A DNA stretch of 64,000 nt from Gammaproteobacteria bacterium (GCA_029862125.1 JAOTXY010000009.1:2597-66596), one strand, 5' to 3'. Positions 1 through 10,544 are shown, numbered from the stretch's first letter. Notes: a model not told the origin generated them from the letters alone. Numbers and translations: made by a program.

Positions 1-512
1 GCAAGGCTTTCCTGCGCAGCCCGGTCGATTTTCGCCGTATCAGCTCACGCTTCAGTAACAAGCGCTGGCACCCGGTATTGTCCAAGTGGCGTTCACACAA
101 GGGTGTCGACTATGCCGCCAAACGCGGTACCCCGGTACGTGCCGCCGGTGATGGCAAGATTATCTTCGCCGGCAAGAAAGGTGGCTACGGCCGCCTCGTG
201 GTAATCCGGCATGGTGGACGTTATACCACGGCGTATGGGCATTTGAATGGTTACGCCCGGGGCACCCGCAGCGGTAAAAAGGTCAAGCAGGGCCAGATCA
301 TCGGTTATGTCGGCAGCTCGGGTGTGGCCACCGGACCGCACCTGCACTACGAATTTCGTGTCAACGGAGTACACCGTAACCCGCTAACGGTCAAGCTGCC
401 CGAAGCCAAGCCGGTTAACTCTGCTTATCTCTCCCACTTCAAAGAGAAGACCCAGGTTTATCTGTCAATGTTGCGCCTGATGGATGGCACATTGGCCGAC
501 AATTCGCAGTGA
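1..512 (+). CDS. M23 family metallopeptidase (LytM/MepM-like), C-terminal part; gene begins upstream of the window
   Basis: Open in-frame from position 3 with no upstream stop. M23 catalytic-region motifs are present: HKGVDYAA...GTPVRAAGDGKIIFAG...GPHLHYEFR. M23 peptidase directly upstream of anmK is the arrangement seen in Pseudomonas. Confidence 0.75.
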   Translation, partial: KAFLRSPVDFRRISSRFSNKRWHPVLSKWRSHKGVDYAAKRGTPVRAAGDGKIIFAGKKGGYGRLVVIRHGGRYTTAYGHLNGYARGTRSGKKVKQGQIIGYVGSSGVATGPHLHYEFRVNGVHRNPLTVKLPEAKPVNSAYLSHFKEKTQVYLSMLRLMDGTLADNSQ

Positions 513-1633
513 ATTCAAGCTCCGGCAGCGAGGTGTATGTCGGCCTGATGTCCGGCACCAGCCTCGATGGAATCGATGTCGCGATTGTCGATTTTGGAAA
601 TTCCCCCCCGCGTATAATTTATTGCCACACAACGCCATACCCGGACTCTGTACGCCAGCGCCTGCACAACCTGTGCCAGTCACCATCGACCACGCTGGAC
701 CTCCTATACGGTCTGGATGCAGAGTTGGGCGAGCTCTACGCGGAAGCCGTTAACCAGGCGTTAGAACTCGCATCCCTCGATACCGCCGGGGTTGCGGCAC
801 TGGGATGCCACGGGCAGACGATACGACATAGCCCGGATTCAGCGATGCCCTATACGGCCCAGATAGGGGACCCCAATCGTATTGCGGCGCTCACCGGAAT
901 AACCACGGTTGCAGATTTCAGGCGCAAGGATATCGCCCTGGGTGGCCAGGCGGCGCCGCTGGCACCCGCCTTTCATCGATTCCTGTTTCGATCAGGTGAC
1001 GAAAATCGTGGGCTGATCAATATCGGGGGCATCGCCAATATCAGCTACTTACCAGCCGACACCATGCAACCCGTGCTTGGCTTTGATACCGGACCCGGCA
1101 ACACTTTACTCAACTACTGGAACGAAAAGCACCAGGGGTCGGCGTTCGACGATGCGGGAACCTGGGCAAGCAGCGGCGTCGTTATCGACAGTCTGCTCGA
1201 GAAAATGATTTCCACAGAAGATTACTTTCATCTCGATCCCCCCAAGTCTACCGGCACCGAATTTTTCAACCCGAACTGGTTACTAAAATTCATAGATGAA
1301 AAATACAAGGCAAACGACGTCCAGGCCACGTTAGTCGAATTAACCGCAGTCACGATAGCCAATGCCATATCGCAATTACCGCAGCGGTTAGAGAGCATTT
1401 ATGTTTGTGGTGGAGGCGCGCACAACCATTATCTGCTCGAGCGCCTCGAAGCAAATTTCGCGCAAGGAAAGCTGGCAACAACCGAGGCACTCGGCCTGGA
1501 TCCGGATTTTGTCGAAGCAGCGGCATTTGCCTGGCTCGCACGCGAGCGTATCAACCTGCGAACCGGCAATATTCCCGAGGTAACACAGGCAAAACATGCC
1601 GGCATTCTAGGCGGTATATACGTTTCAGGCTGA
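509..1633 (+). CDS. anmK: anhydro-N-acetylmuramic acid kinase
   Basis: 374 aa. N-terminus YVGLMSGTSLDGIDVAIVDF and overall length and architecture are typical of AnmK. Start overlaps the upstream stop as ATGA. Confidence 0.9.
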   Translation: MNSSSGSEVYVGLMSGTSLDGIDVAIVDFGNSPPRIIYCHTTPYPDSVRQRLHNLCQSPSTTLDLLYGLDAELGELYAEAVNQALELASLDTAGVAALGCHGQTIRHSPDSAMPYTAQIGDPNRIAALTGITTVADFRRKDIALGGQAAPLAPAFHRFLFRSGDENRGLINIGGIANISYLPADTMQPVLGFDTGPGNTLLNYWNEKHQGSAFDDAGTWASSGVVIDSLLEKMISTEDYFHLDPPKSTGTEFFNPNWLLKFIDEKYKANDVQATLVELTAVTIANAISQLPQRLESIYVCGGGAHNHYLLERLEANFAQGKLATTEALGLDPDFVEAAAFAWLARERINLRTGNIPEVTQAKHAGILGGIYVSG

Positions 1634-1740
1634 GTAAAACACGCTCGAATGTGACCTTGTTTACATAATTAAGCCGATTTTGGGTCGCCACCACATGTCA
1701 AATATTGACCTATAATGGTATACTTTGAGCTTGGTATCTA

Positions 1741-2517
1741 ATGGGAAGATCGATGGGCGTCGCAAGGAAAGTTTTCGCAATATCAGCTTGTATATGGCTG
1801 GCGAACGGCACCGCACGGGCAGACTTTGTCGGTCTGAACATCGGCTCCAGCCAATGGGCCCCGGCTTCCTACACCTCGTTCAACAACTCTGACCCCGATA
1901 GTTTTGATGTGGTCGACGACCTGGAACTGGAAAATCCGGAACAGTCTTCGATGGTGCTTATCCTCGAGCATCCAATTACCGCGCTGCCCAATTTCAAGTA
2001 CCAGGGCTATAACCTGGATTCGTCAGACTATTCAAACTTCCCTTCGGATCTGCGTTTAAACGGAGAACCCTTGAATTCCGGTGACGGGATTACCTCCAGC
2101 ATTGATCTCACCCAGGACGATATCGTGCTCTACTACCAGCTGCCCAGCAGCAACCGGATGAATCTTGACCTGGGTGTTGATTTGAAACGCTTCGACGGCG
2201 AGATATCGCTTGACGGCACCGATAGCACCCGTGTTTTTGTTAATGAAACGATACCGCTGCTTTATCTCTCGGCACGTTACGATCTGTCCAACAGCGGTTT
2301 TTACGTTGGTGCCCATATCAATTCCAACATTATCGACCTGGGCTTAAGCAAAAGCAGCGCCCAGGACTCGACCATCATGCTGGGTTATGACTCCGGCAAC
2401 GGCCTCGGTATCGAGGGGGGCTTCAAGTATTTCTCGCTCGACCTGGACGATGTCGACCAGCCCGATGCCGATCTCGAATATGACGGCATTTACCTGAACG
2501 GTCACTTCAGCTTTTAA
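1741..2517 (+). CDS. hypothetical outer-membrane beta-barrel protein (signal peptide, C-terminal aromatic residue)
   Basis: 258 aa with an N-terminal signal-like segment (AISACIWLANGTARA). Alternating hydrophobic patterns and a C-terminus ...YLNGHFSF ending in Phe are typical of OMP beta-barrels. No recognisable family. Confidence 0.5.
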   Translation: MGRSMGVARKVFAISACIWLANGTARADFVGLNIGSSQWAPASYTSFNNSDPDSFDVVDDLELENPEQSSMVLILEHPITALPNFKYQGYNLDSSDYSNFPSDLRLNGEPLNSGDGITSSIDLTQDDIVLYYQLPSSNRMNLDLGVDLKRFDGEISLDGTDSTRVFVNETIPLLYLSARYDLSNSGFYVGAHINSNIIDLGLSKSSAQDSTIMLGYDSGNGLGIEGGFKYFSLDLDDVDQPDADLEYDGIYLNGHFSF

Positions 2518-2637
2518 TCTCCGCTGAAAATTCAGCAAAACTTCAGTTTTTAATCAGGGTTCTTTCAGGCTCTCTGCATAGCCTTTGCATTACAGGATGA
2601 CCTGTGATGACTGCACACAAGCAGAGGAGAAACTGAA

Positions 2638-3606
2638 ATGATATACCCAAAGATACCAATAATTTTTCTGGCAGCAGCGATGAGCGCGCCTACGCTGGCA
2701 ATCGCCGATGACGACGAGCTGGAGTTCGATGAGGCTTACCTGTATTTCGAGCTAAATGATACCGATGGCGATCTCGGCATTCACGGCAAGGTCGATGGCG
2801 GCCCGTGGAAAAAGGTGAAAATTGAAGGCCCCAACGACCGCACCCTGCTGAAGATCAGGGCCCGGTCCAAGCTGGCGCGCCAAGGCATGACGGAGCTGTT
2901 CTTCGAAAGTGCCGAACCTACTTTCGATGAACTGCATCCGGTGGATTTTTTCAATCGCTTCCCGGAAGGCGAGTACGAATGGGAGGGACTGACTCTCGAA
3001 TACGAGGAAATCGAAGGCGAGGTCTACCTGTCGCATGTCATGCCGGCAGCCCCGGTGGTCACCGGTGTCGGCGACCTGCTGGAGGGTGATAACCCTGGAT
3101 TTGCTATCGAGATTGAGGACGGCGAGGAAGAAGTCGCCAAACAGTGCTGGGAGGTAGAAGCCGATGATAACGGAGACGTAGTCATCTCGTGGAGGGCCGT
3201 CACAATGTCGCACAAGGATATGTGGGATGTTGATCCGCAACCTCTACTTTTAGGAGAGATCCTCCGGTATGATGAAGACGAGGAACCGGAGAGGAAATTT
3301 CCGCTGGGGGATCCAGGTTCTTTTACGGAGGATGATCTCGAATACTACGAATTTGTCGCTGAAATCGACGATACGGAATACAAATCGACTGCCGTTATTC
3401 CGCCCGGCACCACTTCATGGACGGTCCCCGCGGAAGTTATTACTCTGGCGAATGAAGAAGGAGAGGGAGAGGTCAAGTTTGAAATTATCGTCAGGGCTAA
3501 ATCCCCTGAAGTCATGGAGGACGATGGTGACCTTGTAAAATCCAAGCCCGGTAACCAGTCGGCTGTTGAAGACTGCTTCGAAATTTATGAAGAGGATGAC
3601 GAGTAG
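2638..3606 (+). CDS. hypothetical secreted, highly acidic (Asp/Glu-rich) protein
   Basis: 322 aa with signal peptide MIYPKIPIIFLAAAMSAPTLAIA. Extremely D/E-rich throughout (DDDELEFDE..., ...YEEDDE at the C-terminus). Followed by a strong terminator. Confidence 0.5.
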   Translation: MIYPKIPIIFLAAAMSAPTLAIADDDELEFDEAYLYFELNDTDGDLGIHGKVDGGPWKKVKIEGPNDRTLLKIRARSKLARQGMTELFFESAEPTFDELHPVDFFNRFPEGEYEWEGLTLEYEEIEGEVYLSHVMPAAPVVTGVGDLLEGDNPGFAIEIEDGEEEVAKQCWEVEADDNGDVVISWRAVTMSHKDMWDVDPQPLLLGEILRYDEDEEPERKFPLGDPGSFTEDDLEYYEFVAEIDDTEYKSTAVIPPGTTSWTVPAEVITLANEEGEGEVKFEIIVRAKSPEVMEDDGDLVKSKPGNQSAVEDCFEIYEEDDE

Positions 3607-3616
3607 TTATTAGCCT

Positions 3617-3650
3617 AGATCCTCTCCCGCAAGGGAGAGGATCCTTTTTT
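3617..3650 (+). terminator. rho-independent terminator
   Basis: agatcctctccc-gcaa-gggagaggatc perfect 11-12 bp stem followed by a TTTTTT run, immediately after the stop of the acidic-protein gene. Confidence 0.65.
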
Positions 3651-3666
3651 GTCTAAAATAACCGAT

Positions 3667-4461
3667 ATGAACACAATCAAGACTACAGCGTTAACGTTTA
3701 TCACAATTGTCGCATGCGTAATGCTGCTGCTGACGCCGGATTCCTACCGTGACGAGGCACTCGGCAGCATGCTGCCCACCACGCAGGAAATGGCACCGAT
3801 AAACCATCCGCAAACAGCTTTCCGTTACGAGCACAAGCAACCCGTAGCGGCCGATTTGAAGGAATCGCTACCGGTCGTTCAGAAAAAGCCTGAATCCTCA
3901 GTAACCTCGACAATTGAAACAAAGCCAGTTGACTGGGCACTGATTATGTACCCGGAGCTTGCCCGCATCGAGGCGCTGGAGAATCAATCCGTGTATACAG
4001 CACTCGGTGAGCTGTCATTGATGCTGACCAGCGACGACCCGGTGATTCGCCTGGCGGCGATTGAATCGCTCGGGGACATGACCAATCAGGCTACATTACC
4101 GGCGCTTACGGCGGCCTTGAACGACCCCAATCCGCAGTTGCGTATTGCAGCGCTCGAGGCACTGGCTGCACAGGAAGATGAATCAGCGGTGAGCAGTATC
4201 GAGCCCTACCTGTACGATGAGGACAGCAAGGTCAAGTTAGCCGCGATCGACGCACTCACCTATCTCGAGAGCGAAACCGCAGTGCCAGCTTTGGCAGGAC
4301 TCCTATCCGACCAGGATGTAAGAATCAGGCATCACGCGGTCAACGCGCTGGGTGATATTGGTGGGGAATACGCGATTTCGTATCTATTGCAGGCGCGCTA
4401 CGATCCGGACGAGCGGATCCGGGCGAACGCGGAGTCTATTCTGGGTGAACTGGAAAGTTAG
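3667..4461 (+). CDS. HEAT/PBS-lyase-like repeat protein with N-terminal membrane anchor or signal peptide
   Basis: Repeated LAAIESLGD / LRIAALEALA / VKLAAIDALTY / IRHHAVNALGDIG units are the HEAT-like repeat signature. N-terminal hydrophobic segment TALTFITIVACVMLLL. The tracked ORF begins at a TTG inside the terminator T-run; the ATG at 3667 is the more likely start. Confidence 0.6.
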   Translation: MNTIKTTALTFITIVACVMLLLTPDSYRDEALGSMLPTTQEMAPINHPQTAFRYEHKQPVAADLKESLPVVQKKPESSVTSTIETKPVDWALIMYPELARIEALENQSVYTALGELSLMLTSDDPVIRLAAIESLGDMTNQATLPALTAALNDPNPQLRIAALEALAAQEDESAVSSIEPYLYDEDSKVKLAAIDALTYLESETAVPALAGLLSDQDVRIRHHAVNALGDIGGEYAISYLLQARYDPDERIRANAESILGELES

Positions 4462-4471
4462 GAGCTGCTGG

Positions 4472-4855
4472 CTAAATCGAGAATGAAGCGCCGCAACCAC
4501 AAGTCGAGGTTGCATTCGGATTATTAACCACGAACATCGCACCTTCGAGGCCCTCGCGATAGTCGACCTCCGAACCCGCCAGTAACTGGTAGCTTTTCTG
4601 GTCGATAATCAGGGTAACGCCGTCTTTTTCAACGGTTTTATCAGCCGACTTGACTTCTTCGTCGAGCGAAAAAGTGTACTGGAAACCGGAGCAACCGCCA
4701 CCGTAGACCGAAACCCGCAGCATCAGGTCAGGATTTCCTTCCTCGGCCTGGATCGCCTTGAGTTTCTTTACCGCGGAATCGGAAAATTCAAGCATTACCT
4801 CACCGGAAGCGGGTCCCAGTGCCATGCCAAAATTCGCGTCGATGATTACTTCCAT
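4472..4855 (-). CDS. erpA: iron-sulfur cluster insertion protein ErpA (HesB/IscA family)
   Basis: GGGCSGFQY ... [12 protein letters not shown]-terminal motifs, near-identical in pattern to ErpA. True start may be the internal Met (MALGP..., giving 117 aa). Confidence 0.85.
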   Translation of the reverse strand: MEVIIDANFGMALGPASGEVMLEFSDSAVKKLKAIQAEEGNPDLMLRVSVYGGGCSGFQYTFSLDEEVKSADKTVEKDGVTLIIDQKSYQLLAGSEVDYREGLEGAMFVVNNPNATSTCGCGASFSI

Positions 4856-4905
4856 ACCGTTACTCGTTAAAACTGTGTCTCAAACGCTCAATATACCACT
4901 TAGAG

Positions 4906-5364
4906 TCAGCTTTCTGCCACTGGTTCGGCGTTGCCGCTGTCGTGATTATTGCCATCACCCTGGTTATTGGACTTGTCCTCAAGGCGTTTTGGCAACTGTT
5001 GGCCCTGTGGCTGATGCACCAGGCCACCGTTGACTTCGGCACCGATCGCCATTTCGATCAGGTTATAGTAAACACTACCCTTGATCCTCGATTTCGGCGC
5101 CAGCTCGACGCGTGTCGACCCATAAACGTCACCGATAATCTCTCCATTGAGCACCATATTCGGTACCTTGACTTCGCCTTCGATACAACCAAATTCACTC
5201 AGTATCAAGATAGCGGTGCTACCCTGTTCGGCGATTACGTTGCCTTTGATCGTCCCATCCACATGCAAACCACCGGCAAACACAAGATCACCATTGATAA
5301 CAGTACCTTGTCCCACCAGTGTGTCGATTCGAGCAGCGCTAAACCCTTTCTTTCTACCAAACAT
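4906..5364 (-). CDS. bactofilin (CcmA-like polymer-forming cytoskeletal protein)
   Basis: 152 aa. Repetitive beta-helix pattern GDLVFAGGLHVDGTIKGNV...GCIEGEVKV...GEIIGDV typical of bactofilin (DUF583). Confidence 0.8.
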   Translation of the reverse strand: MFGRKKGFSAARIDTLVGQGTVINGDLVFAGGLHVDGTIKGNVIAEQGSTAILILSEFGCIEGEVKVPNMVLNGEIIGDVYGSTRVELAPKSRIKGSVYYNLIEMAIGAEVNGGLVHQPQGQQLPKRLEDKSNNQGDGNNHDSGNAEPVAES

Positions 5365-6090
5365 TTAAACTCCTTCGGACAACACTCGCGTCCATGATAT
5401 TGTTTCTGAGAATGATTTCACCTTCTTTGTAGTTGGTTTGATGCCTATTTCAACTTCAAAAGGCATAAAATCGTCCGGCAAAGTAATATCACCCTCAAAA
5501 ACCTGGAAGTATCGAAATGAGAACTTGGTGACTTTCTCTGAATTATCAATGGCCAAATCAGACAATTTCAACTCGCTGACACTGCCAGCTCGTTCTCCAC
5601 GGATTCGGACAATAGCACCGCCACTAATCTTTTTGGTGCTTTTGCCATTCTTGGTCAGAATCATTTTATAACTGTATTGATTCTGATTATTCTTTTTGCG
5701 CATTTCGAAAGACTGCAGGTTAACGCCTAAAGCTGCATCTTTGGGGGATACAATGCCTCGATAAAATACCAGTTCTTCTTTTTGCGCTAACAGTTCCTGC
5801 TGCAGTTTTACGAGCTCCTGGTTGGCCAGATCGTAGGCATCACGTTCGACCTTGCTACTACCGTCGAGATGTGCATTTTTTTGCAACAGGTTCTGGTTGC
5901 GACTCTGCAACTCTTCAATACGACTAATCAGGGTCTCACGCTCCAGCTCCAAATGCTCAAGTTCATAAGACTGGTATCCCCGGCCCAGGTAAAAAAACAT
6001 CGCCATCAATGCAATCAATAGCACGACGATAAGCCAAATCTTCCAGGGCTTATGCTGCCTTACCTGGAATCCTCCATGCAGGCTGCTCAT
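5365..6090 (-). CDS. hypothetical membrane-anchored coiled-coil protein
   Basis: 241 aa. One N-terminal TM helix ([20 protein letters not shown]) followed by heptad-rich [26 protein letters not shown] and related segments. Sits in the conserved erpA-argC neighbourhood. Confidence 0.5.
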   Translation of the reverse strand: MSSLHGGFQVRQHKPWKIWLIVVLLIALMAMFFYLGRGYQSYELEHLELERETLISRIEELQSRNQNLLQKNAHLDGSSKVERDAYDLANQELVKLQQELLAQKEELVFYRGIVSPKDAALGVNLQSFEMRKKNNQNQYSYKMILTKNGKSTKKISGGAIVRIRGERAGSVSELKLSDLAIDNSEKVTKFSFRYFQVFEGDITLPDDFMPFEVEIGIKPTTKKVKSFSETISWTRVLSEGV

Positions 6091-7115
6091 GGCATCATCC
6101 CCGGGGCTTCAAGCCCGACAGTTTCATCCAGGTCAAACATCAGGTTCATATTCTGGATCGCCTGTCCGGCCGCACCTTTGACCAGGTTATCCTCAACCGA
6201 TAACACGACATATTTTTGGGCGCTCTCCAGGAAATGGACTGCCAGGCGACAGATATTGATACCGCGCACACTGCGGGTCTCGGGATGTGAACCTGCGGGC
6301 ATAACATCGACGAAAGGTTCATCGCGGTAATAATCCTCGAACTGGTTCTGTACCTGGTCAGCCGAGCCCCGGGCATCCGCGTAGACAGTTGCATGAATAC
6401 CGCGAATCATCGGCATCAGGTGCGGTGTAAATACGAGGTCGGCGGCTGCATCAAGGGTTTGCAAAATTGCCCTGATTTCTGGCAGATGGCGATGTCCGGA
6501 TACCGCGTAAGCCTTGACCGATTCAGTCACTTCGCAAAAAGCCGTTCCAATACTGGCATTGCGCCCGGCGCCACTGGTACCCGACTTGCAGTCGGCAATG
6601 ATTGACCCGGGATCGATTAACCCGTTTGCCAAGAGTGGCATCAGGGCGAGTATAACCGATGTCGGATAGCAGCCAGGGTTTGCGACCAGGCGCGCACCAC
6701 GAATTGCCTCGCGGTTCAATTCGGGTAATCCATAGACCGCCTCGTCAACCAGCTCCGGACAGGCGTGGGTTGCTCCATAGCATTGTTCCCAGGTCGGGAC
6801 GTGCTTGATCCTGAAATCCGCGGCCAGATCTATAACCCGGACCCCGGCTTCTAGCAGTTCCGTGGCCTGAGACATCGCGGTGGTGTTCGGTGTCGCAAAA
6901 AAGACAAGATCACAGTCCCGATAGGAATTTACCGAGGGTTCGCTGTAATTCAAATCAACCACCCCCCTCAGATTCGGAAACAGTTCGGCGACTGCGCAGC
7001 CCGCTTGTGAGCGAGAAGTAATAACTTCAACTTTCGCTTGTGGATGCAGGGCAAGCAGGCGCATCAATTCCACGCCGGTATACCCGGTGCCACCAACTAT
7101 TCCAAGCTTAATCAT
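6087..7115 (-). CDS. argC: N-acetyl-gamma-glutamyl-phosphate reductase
   Basis: 342 aa. N-terminal Rossmann motif [16 protein letters not shown], overall ArgC architecture, active-site Cys region GCYPTS. Confidence 0.9.
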   Translation of the reverse strand: MIKLGIVGGTGYTGVELMRLLALHPQAKVEVITSRSQAGCAVAELFPNLRGVVDLNYSEPSVNSYRDCDLVFFATPNTTAMSQATELLEAGVRVIDLAADFRIKHVPTWEQCYGATHACPELVDEAVYGLPELNREAIRGARLVANPGCYPTSVILALMPLLANGLIDPGSIIADCKSGTSGAGRNASIGTAFCEVTESVKAYAVSGHRHLPEIRAILQTLDAAADLVFTPHLMPMIRGIHATVYADARGSADQVQNQFEDYYRDEPFVDVMPAGSHPETRSVRGINICRLAVHFLESAQKYVVLSVEDNLVKGAAGQAIQNMNLMFDLDETVGLEAPGMMP

Positions 7116-7233
7116 TCTATTGTTTCGATCATGCCGCTAAAATGGACGCAGCATTATACATTGACTGCATTTTGGGACCATTAAAATACTACAGTTTACA
7201 GTCATTTAGCACACCTTTCTAAGAGATTCTTTA

Positions 7234-7656
7234 ATGATTTGGATAAAAGCATTTCACATTATATTTATGGTGGCCTGGTTTGCCGGCATTTTTTACCTGC
7301 CACGCCTGTTTGTTAACCATGCAATGGCCGAAGAAGAAGATGTCAAGGCTCGCCTGGTCCTGATGGAAGGCAAGCTTTACCGCTTCATCACTCCGTGGAT
7401 GCTACTGACCATTGTTTTCGGGTTATGGCTACTGTTCGACTACGCCTGGGCCGCCTTTTCCCACATGTGGTGGCTGCATTTGAAACTGGTGCTGGTGGTA
7501 CTGCTTATCGGCTACCATTTTTACTGCGGCAAAATCATTCGTGATTTCGCCAACGGTCGTTGCCAGCGTTCACACGTCTGGTTTCGCTGGTTCAATGAAT
7601 TACCGGTGCTGATATTGTTTGTGGTGGTCATTCTGGCCGTGGTAAAGCCGTTTTAG
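7234..7656 (+). CDS. hemJ: protoporphyrinogen IX oxidase HemJ (CopD-like, UPF0093)
   Basis: 140 aa polytopic membrane protein. MIWIKAFHIIFMVAWFAGIFYLPRLFV is the conserved HemJ N-terminus. Positioned next to argC as in Pseudomonas. Confidence 0.8.
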   Translation: MIWIKAFHIIFMVAWFAGIFYLPRLFVNHAMAEEEDVKARLVLMEGKLYRFITPWMLLTIVFGLWLLFDYAWAAFSHMWWLHLKLVLVVLLIGYHFYCGKIIRDFANGRCQRSHVWFRWFNELPVLILFVVVILAVVKPF

Positions 7657-7747
7657 GCACGGGGCCGAATACAGGCAGATAGGTGTATTCCTCGATATTG
7701 CATCACAATTACAAGATCCCGGATAAGCGCTTCGCGCTTTCCGGGAT

Positions 7748-7768
7748 GAGGCCGCTTTTGGCGGCCTC
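7748..7768. terminator. GC-rich hairpin between convergent hemJ and ptsP (terminator-like, no T-run)
   Basis: gaggccgc-tttt-gcggcctc 8-bp stem overlapping the ptsP stop codon, preceded by a second palindrome aagcgc-ttc-gcgctt. Confidence 0.3.
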
Positions 7769-10028
7769 ACTTACCAGCGCGCAGGAAGCCGCCTAGACCG
7801 CGCTCATCCAGTTTGCCAGCGTACATTTCACGAATCAGGAATGCATCCGGGAGGGCAAGCGCCTGCTGCAGAAGTTCGGTCAATTCAGCATGACTAAAGG
7901 ACATAATGACTTTTTTCGCACGTAGCAGGCTACCGACACTCATCGACAGACTATCGATCCCCATACCCAGTAAAGCCATTACCCCGAGTGGATCGCCCGC
8001 CAGTTCCCCACAAACGCTTACCGGGGTATCGCTGGCTTCTGCACCCTGGACTATCTGGCACATGGCCTTCAACACCGCCGGGTGCAGCGACGAGTAAAGC
8101 TCGGCTACATTTTCATTGTTTCGATCTACCGCAAGCAGGTACTGGGTTAAATCGTTAGTTCCGATTGATACAAAATCGACAAGCGCGCAGATATCTTCAA
8201 TCTGGTAAACAGCCGAGGGCACCTCTATCATTGCACCGATCTTGGGTAGCCATATTTTTTCGCCCACCTCTTCCTCGATTTCAGCGCGCACCCGGTTGAT
8301 CAAAACCAGCGACTCTTCCAGCTCACCTTTACCGCTAATCATCGGCAGCAAGATCTCGAGATTATTGATACCGACGTTGGCCCTGATCATCGCACGCACC
8401 TGGGTCACAAAAATCTCCGGGTGATCCAGTGTTATCCGGACACCGCGCCAACCCAGGAACGGATTGGCTTCGGAAATCGGAAAATAGCTGAGCGGCTTGT
8501 CTCCACCAACATCGAGCGTGCGCAGCACCACCGGCATCCCTTGGAAAGTTTCAAGCACGTTATGGTAAATGAGGTACTGTTCTTCCTCACTCGGGAAACG
8601 ATCACGAATCTGAAACGGGATCTCGGTGCGATACAATCCCACCCCTTCGGCACCACTGCGTAACGACGGCGTGTGATCAGACATCAGTCCCGAATTAACC
8701 ATTAACGAGACCTGGTGCTGATCGGTCGTTACCGCGGGCTGATTTTTTATGACGAGCAAATCCTGCTCGATCGCGGCTTCTTCTTTCAGGTACTGTTTGT
8801 ACTCGGCAAGAATCGACTTATTCGGGTTGACATAGGCTGATCCACTATAACCATCCACGACCAGGTTAACCCCGTCGAGCTTCTTTACCGGAAGGTTGGG
8901 TACCCCCATGACTGCCGGAATGCCCAGTGCATGCGCCAGTATCGCGACATGTGAGGAACTACTGCCATGCGTCGACACGATGCCACTCAGGCAATCCAGG
9001 GGCACATCGGCCAGATCCGTAGCCGTGACCTCATCACCAACGAGAATAGTTTGCTCGGGAAAATCGAGGTAAAGACTCTGCTCGAGCATTAATTTTCGTA
9101 ATACCCGTAATCCGAGATCACGTATGTCGTTCGCGCGCTCGGCCAGGTAGCGATCCTCCATCTGCGTAAATACGTAAGCATGCTGCTCAATCGTATCTCG
9201 CCAACTGGACGGCGCCCAGTTACCGGCGTTGATACCCTTCTCGGTGTCTTCAATCAGGGAACCACCGGTCAACATCTGTGCATAAGCCAGAAACAGCGCA
9301 CATTCTTCTTCGGGAAGCGAGGCACGCATTTTTTCTGCCTGCTCGGTCAACTCCGTGCAAACCTTGCCCACGGCAGCCCGAAAACTTTTCATTTCGCCGT
9401 CAATATCGTCAGTTTTCTTATCTGGGACCGACTCGAGATTCACGCCGCGATTAAGCACCATGGCAACACCAATGGCCATTCCCGGAGCGCCCGCCACCCC
9501 TTTGATCATGTGGGTGCTGGTTTCGGTACTAACACGACCCTTGCTTTCGGCACGTTCAATCGAGGTCGCAAGTTGCGCGGCGAGCGTTGTTAAAAACGCC
9601 TCTTCGTCTTCGTTGAAAGCATTTTTCGCACGCTGAACTGAAATAACACCCAGCACTTCACGGTGTGCGATTATCGGTACCCCAAGCATAATCGGAAAAT
9701 CAACTTCGCCGGAATCGGGAACCAGCAAAAATTTCTTGTGCTTCGGGGCATCGATCAGGTTCATCGACTCCGCCCTGGCGGCAATCGTGCCGATCAAGCC
9801 CTGGCCCAGCTTTCGTTCAACGTTGCCAATTATTGCCGGGTTTAATCCTTTGCTCGCCTGCAGGAGCATAACCCCGGGATCGCCCTCCTTCGCCAGGAAA
9901 ATAGAACAGGCTTGCGCGTTCAGGTCCTGCATCAGACTCTCGGTGATCAACACCAGCGCACTATCGATATCAGGGGCCCGGTTAACCTCCTGAACGATAC
10001 GTTGCAGCCTGTGAATCATCGATGCCAA
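7767..10028 (-). CDS. ptsP: phosphoenolpyruvate-protein phosphotransferase PtsP (GAF domain + enzyme I; nitrogen-PTS EI-Ntr)
   Basis: 753 aa. N-terminal GAF-like domain aligns with E. coli PtsP; C-terminal EI domains carry the phosphohistidine region. TTG start is preceded by GGGGGAAG 6 bp upstream. Confidence 0.9.
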   Translation of the reverse strand: MASMIHRLQRIVQEVNRAPDIDSALVLITESLMQDLNAQACSIFLAKEGDPGVMLLQASKGLNPAIIGNVERKLGQGLIGTIAARAESMNLIDAPKHKKFLLVPDSGEVDFPIMLGVPIIAHREVLGVISVQRAKNAFNEDEEAFLTTLAAQLATSIERAESKGRVSTETSTHMIKGVAGAPGMAIGVAMVLNRGVNLESVPDKKTDDIDGEMKSFRAAVGKVCTELTEQAEKMRASLPEEECALFLAYAQMLTGGSLIEDTEKGINAGNWAPSSWRDTIEQHAYVFTQMEDRYLAERANDIRDLGLRVLRKLMLEQSLYLDFPEQTILVGDEVTATDLADVPLDCLSGIVSTHGSSSSHVAILAHALGIPAVMGVPNLPVKKLDGVNLVVDGYSGSAYVNPNKSILAEYKQYLKEEAAIEQDLLVIKNQPAVTTDQHQVSLMVNSGLMSDHTPSLRSGAEGVGLYRTEIPFQIRDRFPSEEEQYLIYHNVLETFQGMPVVLRTLDVGGDKPLSYFPISEANPFLGWRGVRITLDHPEIFVTQVRAMIRANVGINNLEILLPMISGKGELEESLVLINRVRAEIEEEVGEKIWLPKIGAMIEVPSAVYQIEDICALVDFVSIGTNDLTQYLLAVDRNNENVAELYSSLHPAVLKAMCQIVQGAEASDTPVSVCGELAGDPLGVMALLGMGIDSLSMSVGSLLRAKKVIMSFSHAELTELLQQALALPDAFLIREMYAGKLDERGLGGFLRAGK

Positions 10029-10052
10029 TGTTTACTTCCCCCGAAGAATAAT

Positions 10053-10544
10053 TTAATCGCTAGCCGGTGCGGCTGTTGTCGGCAACCTGGGCTCCAATTG
10101 TGCCAGTGCGCACTGGTACACGCGGCGCTTGAAAAAGACGACGTTTTCAACCGGGTACCAGTAATCAACCCATTCCCAGTGATCGAACTCCGGCTTTGCG
10201 GATGCACTCAAATCGAAACTGTGCTCACCGGAGTCCAGTTGCAACAGGTACCATAGCTGTTTCTGACCGATACAGCGCGGCTCGGAGCGACGCATCAGCC
10301 GTCTGGGCAGCTTGTAGCGTAACCAGCTATCCGTGGCAGCCAGCAACGAAACATGACCAGACTCGAGCCCGGTTTCCTCCCAGAGTTCGCGATACATGGC
10401 ATCCCTGGGATTTTCATCAGCGGCGATTCCACCTTGAGGAAATTGCCACGCATCCTGCCCGATACGCCGCGCCCACATTACCTGCCCGGCACTGTTGCAT
10501 AGTATTATTCCGACATTTGCGCGGTAGCCATCTTTATCGATCAT
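10053..10544 (-). CDS. rppH: RNA pyrophosphohydrolase RppH (NudH)
   Basis: Starts [17 protein letters not shown]..., matching the E. coli RppH N-terminus, with Nudix box RELWEETG. Tracked ORF extends 14 codons upstream; MIDKDGY is chosen by homology. Confidence 0.9.
   Translation of the reverse strand: MIDKDGYRANVGIILCNSAGQVMWARRIGQDAWQFPQGGIAADENPRDAMYRELWEETGLESGHVSLLAATDSWLRYKLPRRLMRRSEPRCIGQKQLWYLLQLDSGEHSFDLSASAKPEFDHWEWVDYWYPVENVVFFKRRVYQCALAQLEPRLPTTAAPASD

Noticed and set aside
1690-1725. TTGACC / TATAAT / TATACT hexamers upstream of the OMP-like gene as a sigma-70 promoter
   Set aside because: The hexamers are present, but spacing between any -35/-10 pairing is 1 or 12 bp, not 16-18, so no confident promoter call.
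2752-3240. 162-aa minus-strand ORF inside the acidic secreted protein gene
   Set aside because: Antisense of a GA-rich coding region (poly-Asp/Glu codons give open antisense frames). No SD.
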